Source: Vibrio aphrogenes
Lineage (GTDB): Bacteria; Pseudomonadota; Gammaproteobacteria; Enterobacterales; Vibrionaceae
Assembly (NCBI RefSeq): GCF_002157735.2
Contig: NZ_AP018689.1
Location: 1,249,619-1,273,618 of the forward strand
DNA length: 24,000 nucleotides
Direction of reading: 5' to 3'
A program made the translations under genes and the position numbers. This document shows, one piece after another, positions 14,596-23,421 of this stretch. The notes below the pieces were generated by a model. The model saw nothing but the letters and a program-made list of their open reading frames with translations, did not search any database and had not been told where the DNA came from. Positions within the stretch are counted from its first letter, which is position 1. Each line of letters starts with the position of its first letter.

Positions 14596-16014
14596 TTATG
14601 TTCGATGTTCATCAATTTCTATATAGGCTTCATCGGCAATTTTGGCAATTTGTTTATCATCATCTGTTAGATTTTTATGTTTCCAAGTGCCTCTGGCAAA
14701 CCAAGCTACAGAAAAAAGCGCAACAATGATATTGGTCAAAGCGAATGCCCACCATATCCCAGAGGTGCCTAATGTCGTATGTTTCGATAATACATACGCT
14801 AAAGGAAATTGTACGACCCACTGTGAAAATAATGAGATCATCATAGTGTTCAGCATATTTCCTGAGGCCCTAAAAGCTGACAATATGCACAATTGAACGC
14901 CGATAAAGCCCCAAGTTAAACACATGGTTCGAACAAATTTAGCCCCATGTTCGATAACATTCTCATCATCAGGGATGAAAAAAGCGACAAAGTGTGGTGC
15001 AAAAATAAAGGCTAAAATCCCCAATATGGTTAGAGCCACCCAGCCCCAAATTGTCCCAAGAATGGTTATTTTCGATGCCCTTTCGATATTTTTCGCCCCA
15101 ATGTTTTGACCAACTAATGTCGAAACCGCCATGGCCAAGCCCATCGCAGGTATCGTTACGATTTGTAATATGGTTGAACCCACACCATAAGATGCAATAG
15201 TGACGGTGCCAAAACTTGCAACCAAAAAGGACATAATAATTAGCCCTAACGCTCGCGCCGATAATTCGACCGAGCCTGGTAAGCCCAAGAAAAAAGCGCG
15301 CTTAATATAAGAAAAATCAGGTTTAAAGCTGCTTAAAGTGAGATGGATGCCATGCTTACCACGAAAGAAAATACACATTCCTATTATTGCCGCTAGTCCT
15401 TGAGTCACTAAGGTTGCAAGGGCTGCTCCCATAACACCAAGGCCTTTAAGGTCTCCCACACCAAAAATAAATAAGGGATCGAGGATAAAGTTTAATAATA
15501 CGGTTCCAAGGACAATAATGAGCGGAATTTTTACTTGGCCAATACCTCGCATCAAAGATTGAAACATGGCATAAGTAAAAACGAAAATAATGCCTATAAA
15601 CGAAACATGCATAAACTGTAAAGCATCGTGGTAAACCGAAGCTTCAACACCCAGTAAATCTAGAAAGTATGGTGATAAGAGATAGCCACATAGCCCTAAG
15701 GTGACGGCAGTAATGATCACCATGAGCATCGTTTGTGCAGCAACATGGTTCACCATTTTATGATTGCCCGCCCCCATATACTGAGCGGACAAAGTGGCTC
15801 CTGCCATGGCTAGCCCTGCACCAATCGCAATCACTAAAAAAGTCACAGGTGTACTGACCGATACCGCGGCAACTTGATCGGCCCCTAAACGTCCGACCCA
15901 GAAAGCGTCGGTGAGTTGATAAGCCGATTGTAATATTTGTGCTAAAACAATAGGAATGGCAAGAGAAATTAATGCCTTGTTTATGGAACCTTCGAATATA
16001 TGCTGGCGATTCAT
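14596..16014 (-). CDS. MATE family multidrug/sodium efflux transporter
   Basis: The roughly 472-aa polytopic membrane protein has about 12 hydrophobic segments. The N-terminus has the MATE-typical PIVLAQILQSAYQLTDAFWVGRLG pattern. AGGA lies 5 nt before the ATG at 16014. An alternative ATG at 16020 is two codons upstream. Confidence 0.85.
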   Translation of the reverse strand: MNRQHIFEGSINKALISLAIPIVLAQILQSAYQLTDAFWVGRLGADQVAAVSVSTPVTFLVIAIGAGLAMAGATLSAQYMGAGNHKMVNHVAAQTMLMVIITAVTLGLCGYLLSPYFLDLLGVEASVYHDALQFMHVSFIGIIFVFTYAMFQSLMRGIGQVKIPLIIVLGTVLLNFILDPLFIFGVGDLKGLGVMGAALATLVTQGLAAIIGMCIFFRGKHGIHLTLSSFKPDFSYIKRAFFLGLPGSVELSARALGLIIMSFLVASFGTVTIASYGVGSTILQIVTIPAMGLAMAVSTLVGQNIGAKNIERASKITILGTIWGWVALTILGILAFIFAPHFVAFFIPDDENVIEHGAKFVRTMCLTWGFIGVQLCILSAFRASGNMLNTMMISLFSQWVVQFPLAYVLSKHTTLGTSGIWWAFALTNIIVALFSVAWFARGTWKHKNLTDDDKQIAKIADEAYIEIDEHRT

Positions 16015-16041
16015 TATCATCCTATGCTCAATAAAAAACGA

Positions 16042-16353
16042 TTATCCACCGGCTAATTTTACAGTGTGGCCTTTTTTATCTAAATGAGCTTTGATCTTTT
16101 CACGATTATCGCCTTGGATTTCAATAACGCCATCTTTTACGCTACCACCACATCCACAGACTTTCTTTAATTCAGCGGCGACTAATTTGAGCTCGGTATC
16201 AGATAAGTCTAAACCGGTAACCAGGCAAACCCCTTTTCCTTTTCTGCCTTTGGTTTGTCTTTGAATACGAACTATGCCATCGCCTTTGGGACGTTCTTCA
16301 ATAATTTTTTCTTGCTTGATTCGACCAGTTTCAGTGGAATAAACGAGAGACAT
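16042..16353 (-). CDS. yciH: SUI1/eIF1-family translation initiation factor homologue YciH
   Basis: LVYSTETGRI...RPKGDGIVRIQRQTKGRKGKGVCLVTGL...AAELKKVCGCGGSVKDGVIEIQGD...VKLAGG is collinear with E. coli YciH. Confidence 0.93.
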   Translation of the reverse strand: MSLVYSTETGRIKQEKIIEERPKGDGIVRIQRQTKGRKGKGVCLVTGLDLSDTELKLVAAELKKVCGCGGSVKDGVIEIQGDNREKIKAHLDKKGHTVKLAGG

Positions 16354-16531
16354 ATTTAATACCTATTCTATTTGTGTTGATGGGAGTTCGTATAATGCGA
16401 AGTTTACTAAAGTTAGAGTTCTAATAGTAAATGTATTTCTTTAAGGTTCAAGCCTTTGCTACACTCTTTCGATATCTAAACCAATGATTCATGTAACCGC
16501 CTTCTATCACAAAGGCAATGAGAGAGCTCTG

Positions 16532-17500
16532 ATGCGGAAAAATATTCCACTACAAACTGACGAAAAGAAACGAAAACAAAGTTTGAATCAATTTAGTCAC
16601 CCCATCAGCTATTCATTATTTTCTGATTTAACTCACCAGATGTATTCGCATAATTCTTTGTTATCTATGACAAATGACTGGAATCGTTTTGTGGATTTTT
16701 GTCTGACAAAGAAAGTCAGCCCCCTACCAGCGTCAATTACCGCCGTTAGATTATTTTTGGAACAAGAATGTCGTAGCCGAAAATTTGCTTCTATACGCCG
16801 ATATAGTTTAACCATTGGATTAGTTCATCGTCTGCATTCCTTAGCTGACCCGACGAACCATAGACAAATTCATTTTACGTTATCGGCTATTCGCAATATG
16901 AAAAAAGGAGATGCGACTCAAGCCACTGCGTTTACTGAAAAGCATCTTGATTCACTCTATGAAGTGTTAAAAGACAGTGAGTCAATTAAAGATTTACGAG
17001 ATTTGGTCATTTATAGCCTGATGTTTGAATGTATTTTAAAGCGAGGTCAATTACGAGATCTACAAACATCACAAATACAAAGACACCACTCAGGTGGTTA
17101 TCAAGTGTCTGTCGCTGATAAAAGTTATTGTGTCAGCGATAGGACATCCGAACTCGTCGACCAATGGTTGCAAATCTTGGGTGAAGAGCATCACGGATAC
17201 GTATTTTGTCGTATCGATAAGCATGGCAACTTAGGAAAAGATGCGTTAAATGATTCATCTATTTTTAGAGTGTTTCGCCGAGCCAGCACCTTACTGAATT
17301 TACCCGAGCATTTGGCGTTTTCAGGTCAGTCAACCCGAATTGGTGCGACTCAAGACTTATATAAGAAAGGATACAATTTACAGCAAATTCAAGATATTGG
17401 GCGTTGGTCAAGTATCGTGATGCCTGCTCAATACCTTGGGAAGAATGCCTTGTCAGAATCAGAACAGTTGCTATTTAAGAAAATAAAAAGCTGGGATTAA
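16532..17500 (+). CDS. Cre-family tyrosine recombinase homologue with atypical catalytic motif
   Basis: The C-terminus LAFSGQSTRIGATQDLYKKGYNLQQIQDIGRWSSIVMPAQYL aligns with P1 Cre LAWSGHSARVGAARDMARAGVSIPEIMQAGGWTNVNIVMNYI. The middle QATAFTEKHLDSLYEVLKDSESIKDLRDLVIYSLMFECILKRGQL aligns with Cre QALAFERTDFDQVRSLMENSDRCQDIRNLAFLGIAYNTLLRIAEI. The ATG at 16532 has a purine-rich GAGAGAG 5 nt upstream. The track start at 16484 has no SD. Confidence 0.8.
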   Translation: MRKNIPLQTDEKKRKQSLNQFSHPISYSLFSDLTHQMYSHNSLLSMTNDWNRFVDFCLTKKVSPLPASITAVRLFLEQECRSRKFASIRRYSLTIGLVHRLHSLADPTNHRQIHFTLSAIRNMKKGDATQATAFTEKHLDSLYEVLKDSESIKDLRDLVIYSLMFECILKRGQLRDLQTSQIQRHHSGGYQVSVADKSYCVSDRTSELVDQWLQILGEEHHGYVFCRIDKHGNLGKDALNDSSIFRVFRRASTLLNLPEHLAFSGQSTRIGATQDLYKKGYNLQQIQDIGRWSSIVMPAQYLGKNALSESEQLLFKKIKSWD

Positions 17501-17508
17501 CTGAACTG

Positions 17509-17541
17509 ACCCCCAATAGTTGAACAACCAATATTGGGGGT
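17509..17541. terminator. Bidirectional terminator between the convergent recombinase-like gene and ddl
   Basis: ACCCCCAATA (17509-17518) pairs perfectly over 10 bp with TATTGGGGGT (17532-17541). The 13-nt loop contains a small GTTG/CAAC pairing. TATTTAT follows on the plus strand. Confidence 0.7.
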
Positions 17542-17609
17542 TATTTATGTCACTATAAATTTATACCAATCGCACTGATTATTTGAGTATCTAATTAGTG
17601 TGGTTGGTA

Positions 17610-18617
17610 TTATGCGTGGTTTTCTAAACTGGCTTTAATTGAGCTGGCTAAAAACTCACTAAATTGATGACCGTTATGTTCCATTAATTTCGGGAACATA
17701 GAGATCGGCGTCATTCCTGGGAAGGTGTTGACTTCATTTAAGTAAATATCCCCTTCTTCAGTTAAGAAAAAGTCAATACGAGATAAGTTTTTCAAGTTCA
17801 TGTGAACAAAGACTTTTCTTGAGTATTCTTCAATACAAGCCAGTTGTTCATTTGTTAGCCCTTCTGCTTCTAGCACCGTTGAAGAGTGGCTCTCAGCGCT
17901 GTACTTTTCATCGTAGGTGTAAAACACGCCTTCAGGAGCAATCACTTCACCAGGCTTGGTAATAATCAACTCGCCATTTAACTCATAAGCGGCCACTTCC
18001 AATTCTCTTGGTTTTACTGATTTTTCAATCAGCACTTGATCAGAATAACCAAAAGCTGAGGAGATTGCGGTGGCTAACTCTTCTTTCTTTGTGACACTGT
18101 AACAGCCAACGGACGACCCTTGGCGCGCAGCTTTGACAAATACTTTCCCCCAAAGATCAAACGCTTGTTCAGCGAGAGAAATGGATTGTTGGTTATTTTC
18201 AGTCAAGAAACGGTATGGAGTATTGGGAATATTAAGTGCGTCGTACCAAAGCTTAGAGGTGATTTTATTAAAGCTATTGGAGCTCGCTTCTGGACCACAA
18301 CCTAAATAAGGAATATTGGCCATTTCGAATAAAGATTGAATGTCCCCTGTCTCTCCTGGAAAACCATGAATACAAGGCACAACAAAATCAATTGTTTGGG
18401 CAGGGAAATGATCGCCTTTTAAACAAGAGCGAGCTATATCAAGTTCTACTTTTTCCCCTGTTGAGGCAAACCAAGCTTCTGGTTTTATCTCCACTTTAAT
18501 CACTTTAAATTCTGGTGTGAGTCCCAGTTGTTGTTCTAAGTACTTTGCTGATACCAGTGACACTTCATGCTCAGATGAACCACCACCACATAATAATAAA
18601 ATATTTTTCATCTTCAT
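17610..18617 (-). CDS. ddl: D-alanine--D-alanine ligase
   Basis: NILLLCGGGSSEHEVSLVSAKYL is the Ddl N-terminal motif. ATP-grasp elements are present (ARQGSSVGC, LEVAAYEL, NEVNTFPGMT). The product is 335 aa. Confidence 0.92.
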   Translation of the reverse strand: MKMKNILLLCGGGSSEHEVSLVSAKYLEQQLGLTPEFKVIKVEIKPEAWFASTGEKVELDIARSCLKGDHFPAQTIDFVVPCIHGFPGETGDIQSLFEMANIPYLGCGPEASSNSFNKITSKLWYDALNIPNTPYRFLTENNQQSISLAEQAFDLWGKVFVKAARQGSSVGCYSVTKKEELATAISSAFGYSDQVLIEKSVKPRELEVAAYELNGELIITKPGEVIAPEGVFYTYDEKYSAESHSSTVLEAEGLTNEQLACIEEYSRKVFVHMNLKNLSRIDFFLTEEGDIYLNEVNTFPGMTPISMFPKLMEHNGHQFSEFLASSIKASLENHA

Positions 18618-18716
18618 ATCGACGCTGCTTTTAAATCGTTAACGCAATTCCTTTAATAATAATGCTTTATTCATTTAAAGGTAGTCTTAAATAGCGTTAA
18701 TCGAGTGAATTGGCAT

Positions 18717-18739
18717 AAAAAAGGAGTGCGCGGCACCCC
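18717..18739 (-). terminator. Rho-independent terminator after the SPOR lipoprotein gene (minus strand)
   Basis: The minus-strand RNA reads GGGGUGC-CGC-GCACUCC, 7 bp including one G-U. U6 follows (A-run 18717-18722 on the plus strand). Confidence 0.7.
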
Positions 18740-18767
18740 TTTGTTGATTTTCTATTCACTTTTTCAA

Positions 18768-19355
18768 TTATGGTAATTTTTTCAATGTTGGAAAATCTGA
18801 ATTGGTAATGGAATCAACGCTTTTTACGAATGGTCCCATATTTTGATAGCGAGCAGGTAATCGCATGATGGCATCTTTTGCTTCTTGAGAGGTTTTGAAG
18901 TCTCCAAATAGTAAGGTGTGCCATTGTTTGTTATTAACGGTTTTGACATTTTCCCATTTAGGTTGGTTTTCTGGTAAATCAGTCGCCGTTTGTAACAGGT
19001 TTTTTTGATTCTCTACCGCAATAACTTGTACTAAAAAGTGCCCTGATTGAGGCTGCGTTGCTTCTTTGTTGTTAGGGTAAAAAACCTTTACTGTCGATTC
19101 TGAGGACTCTGCGGTGGCTGGACTTAGCTTCACCACTTTCTTATCCACCTCTCCTTTTTTAGCGGTTTGTGCTTTTGTTACTGATTGAACGTCTTGCTCT
19201 AATGGCGCAGTGCTGAGCTCAGTGAGCGGTTGTGGTACATCATCGGTTTTATATGATTCTTGATAAGTTTCCATCGCCACTTCACCGTCATAATCAGAGG
19301 ATGAACACGCGGCTAAAAATAGTGCTGAAAGAGAGATAATTGCTATTTTCTTCAT
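18768..19355 (-). CDS. SPOR-domain (DamX-like) lipoprotein
   Basis: MKKIAIISLSALFLAACSS is a lipoprotein signal (LAAC). The linker is low-complexity. The C-terminal ~75 aa read GHFLVQVIAVENQKNLL...WHTLLFGDFKTSQEAKDAIMRLPARYQNMGPFVKSVDSI. This resembles the DamX SPOR domain (YTLQLSSSSNYDNL...[40 protein letters not shown]). Confidence 0.7.
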   Translation of the reverse strand: MKKIAIISLSALFLAACSSSDYDGEVAMETYQESYKTDDVPQPLTELSTAPLEQDVQSVTKAQTAKKGEVDKKVVKLSPATAESSESTVKVFYPNNKEATQPQSGHFLVQVIAVENQKNLLQTATDLPENQPKWENVKTVNNKQWHTLLFGDFKTSQEAKDAIMRLPARYQNMGPFVKSVDSITNSDFPTLKKLP

Positions 19356-19582
19356 AATAAGGCCAAAGTGTTTAAAGTCTTTCTACATCATGCCTTTGCA
19401 CTTGCTGAATATCAAGATGAATGAAATTGATAAGGTAAGATGTTTGTCAATATATTCGAAGTGTTCAATATTTGTAGCGGTAGATCACACCTAGATATAG
19501 ATTCAAAGATGTTCATTGTGGTTTTGATTAAAATATCCTAAGCACCTTTATCACTCGCGCCTTAATCACTCATGGTGGAAGT

Positions 19583-22264
19583 ATGTTGACTCTGAATAAA
19601 TTATTAAAGCCAAGCTCCATTGCAGTCATCGGCGCCTCACAACGCCCTTTTCGTGCCGGTTCTATCGTCATGCAAAATTTGCTCAATGGTGGTTTCCAAG
19701 GAGTGATTATGCCGGTGACACCAAAATATAAATCCGTCAATGGTGTCTTAGCTTATTCTCAGGTTGAACACCTTCCTTTAATTCCGGATCTTGCTATTGT
19801 GTGTACTAATGCAAAACACAATAAATTGATCATTCAACAACTTGCCAATAAAGGTGTCGGCGCTGTTATTATCATATCTGCGGATATGTACCAATCAAAT
19901 GATGACTCTCGCCTTAGTTTAGATGATGAGTGCCTTGCGATTGCGCACAAAGCGGGAATGAGAATTTTAGGCTCCAATAGCCTCGGTATTATCTTACCTT
20001 GGATCAACCTCAATGCATCCTTAGCCCCAGTCTCTGCTTCCAAGGGCAATATTGCCTTTATCTCTCAATCAGCTGCGGTCTGTACCACCATTTTAGATTG
20101 GGCCAGTGATAAAGACATTGGATTCTCCAGTTTTATATCGTTAGGTAATGCTATCGATATCGATTTTCCTGAATTACTAGATACCTTATCAGTCGATAGT
20201 AAAACCTCGGCCATATTATTGTATGTAGACTCAATTAAAGATGCCCGAATGTTTATGTCTGCAGCCCGGAGTGCGTCACGCAATCGACGAATATTGGTAC
20301 TTAAATCAGGGCGAAGTGCCGAAGGACAACACGCGGTGTCTTTACATACTCGAGGTAATCAAAGTATTGATATCATTTATGATTCAGCAATAAAGCGCTC
20401 AGGTATGTTGCGAGTAAATAACACTCATGAACTGTTTGCGGCTTTAGAAACATTAACGCACTCGGTGCCACTTAGAGGCGAACGTTTAGCCATCATAACC
20501 AATGGCGGTGGCCCTGGTGTCATGGCGGTGGATGAATTAATCCAACGCGGTGGCAAATTAGCGACATTAACGGAAGACACCAAAACAAAACTTGATCTTA
20601 TTTTACCGGCCAGTTGGTCCCAAAGTAACCCTATCGACTTAGTGGGTGATGCCGACAGTCAACGCTATGCGGATGTGATGAATGTCTTATTTGATAGTGA
20701 GAACGTGGATGCCATCTTAATTATGCACAGCCCTTCGGCAATTTCTCATCCTACACACACTGCGCAAGCGGTCATTGACGTTATCCAATCACACCCTAAA
20801 AGTAACCATTTTAATATATTGACGAATTGGTCTGGAGAATTGACCGCAAAAGAAGCGCGCGGTTTATTTACCAAAGCGGGAATCCCGACCTATCGAACCC
20901 CAGAGGGTGCGGTCGGAGCTTATATGCACTTAGTGGAATATCGCCGCAATCAAAAGCAACTCATGGAAACCCCATCCTCTGTTGAATTGCGCAATCCAGA
21001 ACAATTAGCTCAAGCTAAGCAATGGATCATTCAACATATAGACGATGACACATGCTTTTTTGAATCTCATCAAATATCTGGTTTATTAAAAAGTTACAAC
21101 GTCTCGGTATTACCGACCTGGTTGGCTTCTGATGCCAGTGAAGCGGTTCATATTAGTGAAAAAATTGGTTACCCAGTGGCAATCAAATTGCGTTCCCCTG
21201 ATATCATTCGCAAATCGGAAGTACAAGGTGTCATGCTCAATTTGCGTAATGCTGTTGAAGTTGCCAATGCCACTCAAGCTATCATGGATCGAACCTCACT
21301 TCGTTACCCTTCCGCTTTAATTCACGGTGTCTCGGTACAAAAAATGGCAAATCGTGCCGGTTCACAAGAATTGCGAATTCGAATTGAAACTGACCCTATT
21401 TTTGGGCCTGTTATTATGTTGGGTCAAGGTGGTACAGAGTGGGATGTTACCGAAGATGCTTCCGTTGCGTTGCTTCCTTTGAATATGGCATTGGCACGCT
21501 ATTTAGTGATACGAGCCATGCGTGTAGGGAAATTGCGATTAGAACAACTCCCTAACCCTATTGATACCATTGCATTGTGTCGATTATTAGTGCGCTTATC
21601 TCAAATGATGGTTGATAACCCAGAAATCCTCAGCCTTGATCTTCACCCTTTATTAGCGGCTGACGATGAATTTACGGTCATCGATGCCCGCTTAGAATTA
21701 AAAGCCAAATTAGGTATCAAACGACAACGATTGGCGATAAAACCCTATCCTGTAGAACATGAGCAATCTGTCAGCTTAAAAAATGCCACCCGTTGCTTAT
21801 TGCGCCCGGTTTTACCAGAAGATGAAGAAAAAATGGCCTCTTTCATCACTCAAGTTTCACGTGAAGATCTTTATAAACGTTTCTTTTCTGAAGTGGGTGA
21901 ATTTAATCATGAAGCGTTAGCCAATCTTACTCAGATTGATTTTGACCGCGAGATGGCCTTCGTGGCTGTGGAGAGAGACTCATCAAATACAGAAACGATT
22001 ATTGGCGTGGCCAGAGTCATTGCCGATCCGAGTAATTTTGATGCTGAATTTTCCATTTTAATTCGTTCCGATCTTAAAGGTATGGGCTTAGGTCGAATAC
22101 TAATGGAGAAGCTGATCGCTTATAGTAAAAGCAAAGGTACGGTTCAACTCAGTGGTATCACCATGCCTTCCAATAAAGGCATGGTGCAATTAGCGAAGAA
22201 ACTGAATTTTAAAACGGACATTCATTTTGAAGATAACATTGTGGAGATGTTACTCATTTTGTAA
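19583..22264 (+). CDS. patZ: Protein lysine acetyltransferase Pat/YfiQ (NDP-forming acyl-CoA synthetase-like domain fused to GNAT)
   Basis: The 893-aa product is collinear with E. coli YfiQ/PatZ. Shared stretches include LLKPSSIAVIGAS, AFISQSAAV, SKTSAILLYVDSIKDARMFMSAARSASRN and YRTPEGAVGAYMHLVEYRRNQKQL. The C-terminal GNAT motif is IRSDLKGMGLGRILMEKLI. Confidence 0.92.
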   Translation: MLTLNKLLKPSSIAVIGASQRPFRAGSIVMQNLLNGGFQGVIMPVTPKYKSVNGVLAYSQVEHLPLIPDLAIVCTNAKHNKLIIQQLANKGVGAVIIISADMYQSNDDSRLSLDDECLAIAHKAGMRILGSNSLGIILPWINLNASLAPVSASKGNIAFISQSAAVCTTILDWASDKDIGFSSFISLGNAIDIDFPELLDTLSVDSKTSAILLYVDSIKDARMFMSAARSASRNRRILVLKSGRSAEGQHAVSLHTRGNQSIDIIYDSAIKRSGMLRVNNTHELFAALETLTHSVPLRGERLAIITNGGGPGVMAVDELIQRGGKLATLTEDTKTKLDLILPASWSQSNPIDLVGDADSQRYADVMNVLFDSENVDAILIMHSPSAISHPTHTAQAVIDVIQSHPKSNHFNILTNWSGELTAKEARGLFTKAGIPTYRTPEGAVGAYMHLVEYRRNQKQLMETPSSVELRNPEQLAQAKQWIIQHIDDDTCFFESHQISGLLKSYNVSVLPTWLASDASEAVHISEKIGYPVAIKLRSPDIIRKSEVQGVMLNLRNAVEVANATQAIMDRTSLRYPSALIHGVSVQKMANRAGSQELRIRIETDPIFGPVIMLGQGGTEWDVTEDASVALLPLNMALARYLVIRAMRVGKLRLEQLPNPIDTIALCRLLVRLSQMMVDNPEILSLDLHPLLAADDEFTVIDARLELKAKLGIKRQRLAIKPYPVEHEQSVSLKNATRCLLRPVLPEDEEKMASFITQVSREDLYKRFFSEVGEFNHEALANLTQIDFDREMAFVAVERDSSNTETIIGVARVIADPSNFDAEFSILIRSDLKGMGLGRILMEKLIAYSKSKGTVQLSGITMPSNKGMVQLAKKLNFKTDIHFEDNIVEMLLIL

Positions 22265-22300
22265 CGTGGTACAAAAATCGACGCCAATATCCTCCAAACG

Positions 22301-23212
22301 CTAACTCAAATAATCGTGTGTCCAATGTTTTTTCAGATATTGGATACACCAAGACTTTGCTTTGCCCATTTTGTTGCGTCGCCAAGCAATGATGATTTCC
22401 ATCGGTTGATCGTACGTACCTGCTATTTTTTTTAATCGTCCTTTTTCAATTAAAGGCTTCGCAACATTTTCCGGCATCGTCCCGATCCCTAAACCTGCAC
22501 ATAACGCATCTACTTTCGCATTAAAATTACTAACGGTTAGTCTTGGTTGCTCGTCGAGTAAATTTTTCGTTAGTGTTGGTGAGGTTCTTGCGGTATCGGC
22601 GACAACAATGGCACGGTATTTAATTCGCGATTGCTGATCAAAATCTGCAGTTCTTTTGTGTACGATATGCTCCGGTGAAGCCACCCAGATCATGTTCAGC
22701 TTACCTAATGAGTCAACTTTAACATCAATCGGTAAATGTTCTGGTTTAGGACAAATAAGAATATCTGCCCTGTCATAAGATAACGCTTCCCAGTTACCTG
22801 CCAGTGTTTCTTCTTGAAGCTTTAAGCGGGTTTTCGATTGCTCTTCAAGTTGCTTGAGAAGTGGAAAAAATGTGTGAATGGGAATTAAACAGTCGTAAGC
22901 AATGGTAATATCCAGCTCCCAGCCATGGGCCAAAATATTCGCATCGGACACTAATTCATTCGATGCTGCGATTAAGGCACGCCCCCTATCAAGAATAAAC
23001 TGTCCAGCTTGCGTAAACACCGCTTTATGTCCAGAACGATCAAAAATGACCAAATCCAAATCTTGTTCCAGTTTTTGTACTTGATAACTAAGAGATGACG
23101 GGGCTCGATTCAGTTCTTGTGCCGCCGCGGCAAAGCTTCCTCGTCGTGCAATGGCATCTAACACATGTAATGCTTCTAGAGTGATGCTGCTGTTCAAAAT
23201 ATATCCTTTCAT
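22301..23212 (-). CDS. LysR-family transcriptional regulator (YhaJ-like)
   Basis: The N-terminal wHTH is LEALHVLDAIARRGSFAAAAQELNRAPSSLSYQVQKLEQDLDLVIFDRSGH. It is collinear throughout with E. coli YhaJ as I recall it (LTVSNF..., IIIAWRRNKMGKAKSWC). The start is uncertain. I chose ATG 23212. TTG 23197 has a better SD (AGGA), and the track TTG 23230 is unlikely. Confidence 0.85.
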   Translation of the reverse strand: MKGYILNSSITLEALHVLDAIARRGSFAAAAQELNRAPSSLSYQVQKLEQDLDLVIFDRSGHKAVFTQAGQFILDRGRALIAASNELVSDANILAHGWELDITIAYDCLIPIHTFFPLLKQLEEQSKTRLKLQEETLAGNWEALSYDRADILICPKPEHLPIDVKVDSLGKLNMIWVASPEHIVHKRTADFDQQSRIKYRAIVVADTARTSPTLTKNLLDEQPRLTVSNFNAKVDALCAGLGIGTMPENVAKPLIEKGRLKKIAGTYDQPMEIIIAWRRNKMGKAKSWCIQYLKKHWTHDYLS

Positions 23213-23352
23213 TAAACTTTTTGTGATCAAGATCTACTTTTTTTACTTTAGTTGGAACTATTCAATATCTTAAAATTTCATGTAACTTATTGTTTATAAA
23301 AATATATCGATAAAATCAGTGCCATTTAAAACCAAATAAACGCAATTATAAA

Positions 23353-23367
23353 TGATAGTTATTATCA
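23353..23367. promoter_or_regulatory. Fur box upstream of the TonB-dependent receptor
   Basis: TGATAGTTATTATCA matches the 7-1-7 Fur consensus TGATAATnATTATCA at 14 of 15 positions. It is embedded in AATGATAGTTATTATCATT, 55 nt upstream of the receptor ATG. Confidence 0.75.
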
Positions 23368-23421
23368 TTCTTATTTATTAGAATACCATCCGAACTCACC
23401 TTTTGGGAATGGAATAACTAT

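Noticed and set aside
16354-17609. Recombinase-like gene as part of an integrative mobile element
   Set aside because: There is no adjacent tRNA, phage, IS or conjugation genes. I saw no flanking direct or inverted repeats shared between the upstream (16354-16531) and downstream (17501-17609) spacers. Base composition is not visibly different from the neighbours. Mobility therefore cannot be supported from this window.
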